64,000 nucleotides of DNA from Felis catus (lineage: Eukaryota), in assembly GCF_018350175.1 (NCBI RefSeq), contig NC_058369.1:23128001-23192000 (forward strand), read 5' to 3'. Below are positions 40,330 to 50,124 of the stretch, piece by piece (positions within the stretch are counted from its first letter, which is position 1; each line of letters opens with the position of its first letter). Under the pieces are notes generated by a model that had not been told where the DNA came from, ran no database searches, and saw only the letters and a program-made list of their open reading frames with translations. The position numbers and the translations under genes were made by a program.

Positions 40330-40540
40330 CCACCAGCTCAAGGCATTTCCTGGTTGGGTGACCTTGGCAAGGTACTTAGCCCTTCTAAATATTATCTGTT
40401 TTCTCATCTCTAAACCGAAGATGATACTACTATCTAACCCGGAGGTCCGCTGTGAGGACCAACATTGCTCAAGATAAAAAGCACTTAAGCAAGTACCTGG
40501 TCCACTGAGAGTATCCACTAAAGAGTGGCTTATTCTATTA
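40330..40540 (+). mobile_element. MIR
   Basis: gggtgaccttggcaaggtacttagccc...ttttctcatctctaaa...aaagcacttaagcaagtacctgg. Confidence 0.7.
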
Positions 40541-42939
40541 TTACTGCCACCTTCATCGTCATCACCTTCCCTCTCCTTCATTCTCTTTTGAATGACACTT
40601 TCTCAGTTTTTCCACATTCAAATGCCAAGTGTCCCATGGATGCATCCTGCACCAAGCTTTTCTCTAGGAATGTGTGAGCCCAGAGCATACTTCTTTCTCT
40701 GCCCTTCTTTTTAAAAAGTGGCTTGAGGGTGTGTGTGGTTAGATACAGAATCGTACAACTTGGGGTTGTTTAGCCTGGAGGGAACCTGAAGCTGCCCATG
40801 CAAACCCTTATGTACTAAGTGAAGAAACAGATCCAGAGACACAGAGCCTGGTTGACAATGCCTAACAAGGTGGCTTTTGCAAAAGAGAGATTGCCTCACC
40901 TCAGGCCACATGATGATGAGAAATTCCCAGCCTGGTTTTACGTGTATCGTGGACCAGGAAGACAGCCCGCACGTATACAGACATCCATGTCAGGCATATG
41001 GGAATCCGAGTGTTCACGTCTACCCTTCTGGCAGAGATATCTCTTTTTCTATTGAAAGCTGTCAACTTTGATTATCAACTTGGTGTGTTTGTGGGGCTCG
41101 TGTGGATCCAAGGCAGTTACCCCAATTCTCTCTCCCTAGCATCTGCCTTCGGTATACCCTAGTAACACGTTACCTTCTTTAACAAGGCGAACACCGGTTA
41201 CAGGCACAGCATAGAAAACATAATAAGGACTTACATATAGGATCAATACCCTCATGCCTTCATGGTGTTTGTGACCCAGCGGGGAGAGACATTAAACAAA
41301 TAGATTCTGTACAAATAAATCATAGATGTGTTCAGAATTACAAAGAAAAAAGTGCTGTGGGACCTTGAGAGATCATCGTGTCCGGGGATATGGTTTGCCA
41401 TTCCTTAATTTTTAGCCCACAAAGGACATTGCCATTTGGCTCTTACATTCTTTCCAACAAAACTCAGACATAACTTCAGAATCCTTCTCAACACGGCTCT
41501 CCAGACAGCCATTACTAATCAGTCAGTCTTGGCTCTCAAGACAGAACCTATTGGCCATCCAAGATTTGGCCCACTTCCCAGCCCTCCTTCCACCATCCCT
41601 TTTAACAGACAAGCATCTGGCCAAAGGCTGGAAGGCACGTGCTTCAAGACTCCAGCCAGAGGCCCCAGTGTCCAGCTGGTCAGGCTCCCAGCTCAGGGTT
41701 GTGTATACCGTTTGTGACTGTTGGGTGCATGATGTGCCGTCAGGAGAGCCGGCTCCCAAGTAGTAGCATCTGTGACTGTTGCTAATCTGATCTGAATTTG
41801 TTGTGTTCTGTTCTGAAGCTCCTTCTCAGAGGTGCAACCTGTTGAGGGCACTGCAAGCTGTAATTTCTGTTCCTTTAAGGCTCCGATAGGAAAGTGGCTC
41901 TTTGTTTTCATGAGTTATTTCTTGAGGAAAATATATGTTTTGTGGAGAGTTTGAGGACAGTCTTAAACTGAGGACATCACCACAAAGGCCTAGTCTCTCA
42001 TTTTCCTTCCCATGTGCTTAAATGGGTGAGTCAAAAAGAGGTGTTTCCTGCTTGACTGGGACAAAGCTTCCCGAAAGAGAGAGAGAAAGGGTAGCTCTGC
42101 TTTCAGAGGCCTGTCAAGTCCGGCAGTTTGTGCAGGACTGAACCTTGGTATTTATTTTTCAGTTCATCAAACATTTGTAATCCTCAGGGCCCCCCGTGCA
42201 TTTCATATGACAAGCTGTGATTCAACACAAATGCTTTCCTAAGGAAACATGCATTTATCATTCCCTTAATGTTCACGTCTCCAAGGTTTCTTTTCCGTCA
42301 TATGAAAAAATGTTTAATATTTCAGAGACTTTACTTGAAGTGATTCCTCATTTTCAGCTTAATTTCTCACCACTTGATACCTATTTTCTGAACCCCTAAG
42401 AAACACTGGAGGAACTCACGAGCTTCCTTTCTCAATAGCGGTCACCATAACCAGGAGGAAAGAATCAAAAAAGCATGCTTATGCTATTCCTGTTTTCTTA
42501 AATTGGGAGACCTTTGGGGATAAAATTACTGGAAAAATGAGTGTTGGAGAGTTATGGACATTTTCCAAGTCACTCTGGAGATGTCTCTGAGACACAAGGC
42601 ATCTTGTTGGCATGGGTCTATCCCTCTGTCCTTTGCTGGGTTCCATCCGCTGGCACAGGGCCGTAGGAAGCCCTCGTCTTAGTGCATATGAAGAGAAAGC
42701 ATTCTTTCCAGGGCAGAATGAATGGGAAGGACAAAAGGTTCAAATGGGACCCTAGGATGTGTGGTTTAGTTATCTTGAATCTTCTAGCACTTCCAATGTT
42801 ATAAACTCTGTAGAGACAGAGAGAAAAGTTGGCCATCTCATTTCCTAGCGAGTGTGGCCTTTACTGTGTGCGTTGGGTTACACATTCTAAAGTTAGCACA
42901 GCTCTACAATTTATTATCTGTGGGACAGTGTATTATGAC

Positions 42940-43085
42940 TTACCCTCTATTTTCCATTTTGTTTTTATCTGTAAAATGGGGATAATAAGGGTACCTAGTA
43001 TTGGGACACTTTGATTCGTGGGATAATGCAAATAAAATGTTTAACACAGTGCCTGGTGACAAGTTCACACACAATAAATGTTAGG
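42940..43085 (+). mobile_element. MIR
   Basis: atctgtaaaatggggataataagggtaccta...aacacagtgcctgg...caataaatgtta. Confidence 0.75.
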
Positions 43086-43536
43086 CTCTATGATGAGAAG
43101 GAAGTCTTGAAAACAATGTAACTCCTAGATTCAATATTTAATACATGGATAATGTTATTTCCATTTCAGATTAGAAAAATGCTTTTCAAAACACTCATAC
43201 TCTAATGGCAGTCACAAATCTGGTGGCATTAAACCACAGCCTAATGGTCTCAATGTTGAAAAGTAGACAAGTATGTCTTGTAAATGTTCATCTTTTTCCA
43301 CATATCTATAATTTCAGTTTCTTGCCTGTACCATTGGGAAAGCTATTATGTCTTATTTTATGGGTTGACTGACTGCCTTTTCGTTGTTCTTAGAATATTA
43401 GCTTTACTTCAAATGCACAAATCCTTGTGCCTGCTTCCTTAACCACCAATAAAGGGAACAGTTAATGTGTTACAAAGCAAGAAAAATTGACTTTAAAAAC
43501 AGAACATGCTTCTAGCTGTCTTACCTTTACATGGGG

Positions 43537-43737
43537 AAGGGTTTCTCAACTTTGGCACAATTGACATGCGGGCTGGATAATTCTTTGTTGTGGGGACTGC
43601 CCTGTGCATTGTAAGATGTTTAACAGCATCCCTGGTCTCTACCCACTAGAGGCCAATAGCTCTGGCTCCCTCCCCTCTCCCTGGCTTTGACAATCACAAA
43701 TGTCTCCAAACAGTCCTTCACCACTAAGGAACCACTG
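43537..43737 (-). mobile_element. MER20 hAT-Charlie MITE
   Basis: gggtttctcaac...ggataattctttgttgtgggg...cctgtgcattgtaagatgtttaacagcatccctggtctctacccactaga...aatgtctcca...gaaccactg is the reverse complement of the MER20 consensus. Confidence 0.88.
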
Positions 43738-44102
43738 GTGCACAGGAAGAAGGAGCTGGGTCTTAGAAATGTGTGTTTGGGGCCACTGAACAGAAGAACC
43801 TCAGTTCTAGCGTTGCAGGAAGTTGCCAAACTCACTTCCTGAGTATGACGACTCCCAAAGCTTGTGCTCACCGATTATCTGTTGATACTACAGATTCAGA
43901 TAGCAGGTCAAATAATCAGCACCGTAGCTTAATTTGGGAAAATGACTTGGTTTTAGTTTTATTTCCCTAGTTTTCTCCCAATATTCGTTTTTCCATTTTC
44001 CAATGGCAACCAAATGAAGTTTTACAGTTAATCTTGACTTTGTATGTAATGATTGCTTTTTTCTTGTTTTTCTTTTTGTTTTGTTCTCCCGTTATTTTTC
44101 AG

Positions 44103-44120
44103 CTCCCTCAGGCACAAAAG
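44103..44120 (+). CDS. CACNA2D3: CACNA2D3 18-nt internal microexon, phase 0/0, encoding LPQAQK
   Basis: Seen: long pyrimidine tract (44057-44100), then ttttcAG|CTCCCTCAGGCACAAAAG|GTaaac. The peptide matches the alpha2delta-3 segment I recall (...EAYIDST-LPQAQK-L[A/T]DDQG...) and joins in frame to the exon at 63482. Confidence 0.93.
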
Positions 44121-44130
44121 GTAAACTCTT

Positions 44131-44210
44131 TTCCATCACATTGCAATCATCCCCAGAACTCGCGAACTGTGCATGTCTTCATGATTTTGTGCATTCGGTT
44201 CTGTTCATGA
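44131..44210 (+). promoter_or_regulatory. Putative intronic splicing enhancer: RBFOX TGCATG (44170-44175) plus YCAY cluster
   Basis: Seen: CCAT 44133, TCAC 44136, TCAT 44147, TGCATG 44170, TCAT 44179, TCAT 44205, all within 90 nt downstream of the microexon donor. Function is inferred. Confidence 0.6.
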
Positions 44211-47200
44211 CCAGTGAAATGGTTTTCCTCTTCCAACTTCAAAAGCCTGAAGCTGGGCAGGAGCAGAAAGGCCGACAGACTCATCGGTCCACTGTCTCCC
44301 TGCCAAGTTAGTCCCATCAGAGAACCCTCTCGTGGCCAGTGGTTTGGGGGCAACTCTATGCCCAACCATTTTGCTAAGAATTCTCAAACAATAGGTCAAG
44401 AGTAAGTTTAGCACACTCCTCCAAACATAGTATTCCAGTTCTTCCCTGAGATACTTTCCTAGGGATACAGCTAATGTGAAAATTTGTAAGGCCCAGTAAC
44501 TAAGTTTAGATTCTGGGCTCTTAAGGCAAATCTCTGAAAACTCCTCTTGGGTTTCATTAATTGCAAAATCAGTAGCTCCTTTGCTTGTGTCATTGCCTGT
44601 ACCACATGTAGAGCATTAGAACAAAGTTCTTGCCAATGTCAGACCCTTTCACTGGTCCTCATTGTCTGTCTGAGATGATCTGGTTCCACCATCTAGAATA
44701 TTCTCCGTCTACTAAGATTCCATGTGATTGCCATGCTGGCTTGGCTATGTTGTCCCCATGGTATGTCATCATATCCTAAGGACAGTTGTGGAAGAGAACA
44801 TGACACATGATGCCTGCTGCATTGTTTTGGGACATTTCACAAACACAAGCAGGATTTCCAGAAGACACAGTGATTTCTGGGGGCCAGATGTGGGTTGGTT
44901 TTGTTTCAAGAGTTGAGGTAAGACGCCTCCCTGAACTGTAAGCAGTACCTCCCAAGCTTTCCAGTTTGGAGCAAAGATGATCTGATTCCTTCCTGTTGAG
45001 AGAGATAGCACAACTGCTCTACAAAAGGCAGTCTGTTCAGACCATATGGACAACCAGAGGCCTAGAAATCATTACACAATTACTCAAATATATTTGAGAT
45101 ATTTAAACAAGGCGAGACATGCTAGTGTGTGACTTGGCTTGTGGTAATGTTTGATTACACTTCAGTGCCATCACAAAAAGACTGAACACTTCATTAAAAG
45201 TTAAAGTATTTGAGTAGAACAACAGCTTCCAGGGTAAATATATGGTCAGAATTCCACATTATCTGGACGGATTGGCATCTTTAATAGGTCATGCTTTCTT
45301 AATTGCCCACATTTGAAATTTCTTTGTAAAGAGACTTACCAAATTCAGTGCCTAAAGCTGGACTGGCCTCAATTTACTGGCATTTATTCATCAAATTTAA
45401 TCTGATCTATGTACAGAAGCATTTTGTTGTAGAAGATTCCTCATGAATATGAGGTGCCATCAGCCATGGAATTTTAAAACAAGGTTCAAAACAAACCAAC
45501 ACAGAATATGGTAAGAATAAAGGTTGTTGGGACATATGGTTCTTCAATAGCACTTAGCTCCCTGACCTCTTTCCTTCTGTCACTCACGTCACATGCCCTG
45601 CAAATAGAAACTTCGAATTGAGGAGGATGCCCCAGTGCCTTTCCAAAAGATGCTGGACTTGCCCAAGAACTTGCTCTGCAGCCCTGTGTCACAAGGAATA
45701 GCTCTTCCTCCCCCTGTTCCTCACCATTGCTACAAATTGCCTTTTTATTAAAGTTAAGAAAGGTACTTACCTTAAAATTTATTAAGAGCCCTGTGTGAAA
45801 TGGTTTCAGAACTCCTTGGAGTCATTTTGGGCAATTCAGCTCTTTGGAGAAGGAGTTTCAATGTAAACCTCTGGTATCTGGGCTGGAAGGTGAGGGCAGT
45901 TGAGGAAACTGCAGATGGAAGGCATCCTCCCTCAGGGCTTCTAGTCTCAGTTGCTGATATAGAAGTATCCGTGCCCCTCATGTTCTTCCTCTCCCTTCCC
46001 CAGTGTTACTTCAGTGACATGTACAGAGGACTTTGCGAGAAGGATGGGGTTCTTTTGAGCACCAGCAACCCCCCCTTCAAAATATTGTCTTGCTGCTTGA
46101 GCAGCAAAGGAATATGGTGGGTTCCATTCCAGCCTTCATCCATTTGTGACCATGGGCAAGTTAATTAACTTATCTAAGCTTAGGTTTCTTTTATTTAGCA
46201 AGAATGATAGACTGGCTTTCCAGTTTTGTTATGAGAGTTATTTCTCTTACTTGTGCCTAGTATAGAACTTGACATATGCTAGACACTCACAAACTTAGAA
46301 TTTCTATTACCATTTGCATGTCTTGGCCTTCAACAACTTAGAATTTCTATTACCATTTTGTATGATTTGGAGCAGCAGATCATGTGTGATGTGGTGGTCT
46401 TGGGCCTCTGCAGTGATTTGTGGTTCTGATTCAAGCCTGATGAATAATCAGGAGGTGACAAAAGAGCCCGGGAGATATGTGACATTCTTCTTATTTCATT
46501 AAAATCTCTGCATTACCTGACTTCACCTTTTACATGGAGTCAGCAGGAAATGCGGATAGGGCTTGAAACCTCAACAAAGCAAAGGCTTCCAGGGACAATT
46601 GTTTTGAGAGATTCCTTCCCAAAGTCTTTGACATTATCCATAGATTTCACCCATCCATGGCCATGATTATAATGAGCCTCTTCCAAACCCAAGAGTTTGT
46701 TGTTCTGGGGGTAAAGGGGAGACATCTCCAGCTGTTACGTCTTTGGTCTGCTTTTCACATGAGGTCATGGGTGCATACGTTGGACCATATGGTGTCTGCA
46801 TTTGTGCTGTGTTTTTGTTGGAATCTCTCGGTATCATCTGCAACTGTTTTCTCCATAAATATTTTAAATGATTATGTCTCTGTAAACATGCTTACTTTAA
46901 TCTCTTAGCTGATCTATCACTAAAAATGTCCTGTTTGGGTGTCCCTCATATGTGTAGTAGTCATTAATGATTGTTGTCTGTATGTTAGGGTTTTCATAAT
47001 TCTGATATTTGGAGGACCTTTCAAGACTTATCTTCTAGTTTATGACTATTTTCTAGAAGAGTGGCTTGCAAAAAAGAATTTTTTTTGTTTTTCCTGTGAT
47101 TCTTAAGCACCTCTGAGATGATTTCTAGACTCTATCCATAAATTTCAATCCCTGATACCACATTGGGATAGTAGTAACTGGTGAAATGCCTGATCAATAT

Positions 47201-49813
47201 TAAATATTTTCACCAAATGCAGTGAAGTGTCCTGAAGTCTTGGTTAAAAACGATGTAGCAATACAGACCTGACACCCTCAAGCCATCACAAATCTGTTCT
47301 TTTTAGTGGAAGTTGAACCACTTTCTAAACCAGTTGATTGATTGTTCTTGAACAATGAAGAAAGGTCCATATGTAAGAAAGCTTTGCCTTTTTTTTTTTC
47401 TTTACGTGGTACTTCTTGACTTCTACCGAAATACCTGGGATTTCCTATTTTATAATAATAGCATAGCAGAATTACCCAAAACCATTTGCAAGTGTACATT
47501 CAATAGTCATTCATAGCAAAAATAGTCCATTTTTCAAGCTGCATATTCATTCAGGTAGGTTCTATCTATAGGAACGAAACATCGGTTGTTCACTGCATGA
47601 TTCATCACTGTAGACTGAGACCTTCAATACTTAAAGGCAAAAATACTCTTTGGGCAATTCCAAATGTGGCTGTTTACGTGTGTTAACTTTTCCATACATC
47701 GGTACCTGCTTCCCTTCATTTTGTGCTACTTTCACACCACTTTGGAGTTTGCCAGAGACAGTTTCTTGAAGGTTTCCAAAGTGCTCTGTCTTGCCCGGCA
47801 CTATATTAGTTAATATCCGTCTGAGAATTCTGAGCAGGCATAAGCATTTTTCTCAAAACCATAGTTAAAGAAAACCACATCTCTAATCCTGTTTGGAACA
47901 GCAATTGATGCATTCAGGGCTGCACAGTATGGCAAAACGATCCCTGTTTAATAGCCCGACTGCATATTTTGTTTCCTGTTAGGAATAGCTTAACTTGCCT
48001 TCTTGAACAAACACAGCAGGGTTCAAGATCTGTTGTTCTAGGCCTGCTGTGATATTCTGTGCTGCTTAACTTGTATGAGGACTCAGGAGTGCATAAATTA
48101 GCTTCTTAAATGGAGGTCGATTTTTGGGTTTTCTTTCAGGATGGAACTGGTTTATTAATATCCCCCTCTGAGTGTCAATGGGATCCTGAATCCATTTGCA
48201 TTTTCTTTGTGTCCTTGTTTATATTCTATTTAGGAGGGATAAATGGAAGCATTCATTTCTGCCAAGTTTTTCTTCCCCTTTTACTTCTTTCCCTTCTTCC
48301 TCTCATTTGTCTCGTTCTTTAGGTACAAACTTGTGCAAGTAGAATCTGGCCTGTTCTTATCTCTGTGTAATCAGATTTCAGCAATCGGGGGCATCATTTA
48401 TCATTCTTCGCCTCATTTAACTTCTGTACTTTGAAATGTTGAATTAACTGTCATTGAAAATAGAAAATTGAAAGTTTGCAAGGCTGCTGTTTTCATAGAT
48501 CTGTAGGTCTAGTGATTTTAGTGTTTCATTATAGTTATATAACCGGCAAAATCCATGCAAATGAAGTGCAAAACTGAGAGGTGGTAACAGTTTACGGTTG
48601 GTTCTGGTTTATGACTCATTTGCTTTTACCTTTACTTGCTTTGTGTGTAAATTATTATATCTTGTTTTGATAACCCTATTTTCCCCCCTTATCATTTACT
48701 GTTTTAGAGGAACATGTACAGGCATCTTTTATATGTATTCCCAAGCTGGGGCTGGCAAGATTGACAACGCTGAGTCTGAAAGATGTAGCACGGTGGGCTA
48801 CCACTCACATTGGTAGATCCATTCTGTGACTAAGGAAAGGGAAGGAGAAACCACAGTAAGTCTTGCCACTTCCCGTATCCAGTGTGATGGAACTCTGTGG
48901 AGATCAGAGTCACAGCATATTGCTGAACCAGAAGGGTGATCACAGAACCCAGTAGTTTGTTCCCCACTGTAGTTCTGTGTGGGTTTATCTGTGGCAGTCC
49001 AGACCAGCTGAGGAAGGAGATGTACTCTGCCAGTTTCATACCCATGGGAGTCTTGGCCAACCACTCTCCCGTGGTCCTCTCCAACTCTGTGTTTGCGACT
49101 ATAAATACAGGAATCCAAGATGCTCAGATTCAAAGTGCATGGCTTCCCAATGGTTGGGATGGCCAGCAGAGCAGCATACAAGAGCTCCTCCAATTGAAGT
49201 CCCATGTGGGCCAATGGGGGACCATGGGGTCCCCCATTCAGAAGCAAGGGGCTTATTTGCATTTCTTGTTTTAAAAAGCTAATTGGCTCATTTTAAACAA
49301 CCTCATAATGTGTTTAGTTATGTATCTGGAAAAAATATTCAGGTTTCATCCCATGTTCATGTATATTAGAACTTTCATGGGAAAGTTATAGTTTATAATG
49401 AGGATAAAAGCAAGGTAAGAACCAGAATTCAGTATGAAAAAATAGTTTTTTTAGTTTTTAACTTTTACACTGTTAGGCATAAAAATTGGTTAGAAACAAA
49501 AAAGCAAAACAGAACAAAAAACCTCCAAGAATACATTGCTAGTACATATAAAGAACTTTCACACTTGCAGGCTTGGACCCAGTAATCCTCTTCTGTAGAA
49601 AGAATCTAACCTAAATTAGTCAGTGACTTGCAATTTTATCTATATTGAGGCAAAGAAGAGCCAAAATACCCAGCAATAGGAAAGTGGTGACAAAAGTTAC
49701 CAAGGTTCCAAAGGATAGGTAGCCATTATAAAATTGTGCTCAAAGTGAAATTTAACAATGTAAGAAACAAATTAATTTTAAAATCAGAATATAACATTTT
49801 ATGTACATTATGC

Positions 49814-49814
<1 letters not shown>

Positions 49815-49862
<48 letters not shown>
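49815..49862. repeat. (TG)n microsatellite within an L1ME-like fragment (about 49490-50270)
   Basis: Directly visible. Confidence 0.93.
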
Positions 49863-49893
49863 AAACATACAGATGTACAAAACATCCTTGGAA

Positions 49894-50054
49894 GGGTGCC
49901 TGGGTGGTTCAGTCAGTTAAGTGTCTGACTTCAGCTCAGGTCATGATCTCATGGTTTGTGAGTTTGAGTCCCGTGTCGGGCTCTGTGCTGACAGCTCAGA
50001 ACCTGGAGCCTGCTTCAGATTCTGTGTCTCCATCTCTCTCTCTGCCCCTCCCCT

Positions 50055-50093
<39 letters not shown>

Positions 50094-50124
50094 CAAAAAT
50101 AAATAAACATTAACAAAATAAAAA
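49894..50124 (+). mobile_element. Carnivore SINE
   Basis: GGGTGCCTGGGTGGTTCAG head, long (CT)n; TSD aaaacat[cc/aa]ttggaa. Confidence 0.95.

Larger units (their letters stand above)
1..44102 (+). other. CACNA2D3: 3' portion (>44 kb) of the CACNA2D3 intron upstream of the microexon
   Basis: Ends at the AG acceptor 44101-44102. I did not find the preceding exon (...WTEAYIDST) in the window, so it is inferred to lie upstream. Confidence 0.8.

Noticed and set aside
48798..49282. Overlapping ORFs on both strands
   Set aside because: No recognisable protein in the frames provided by the ORF track.
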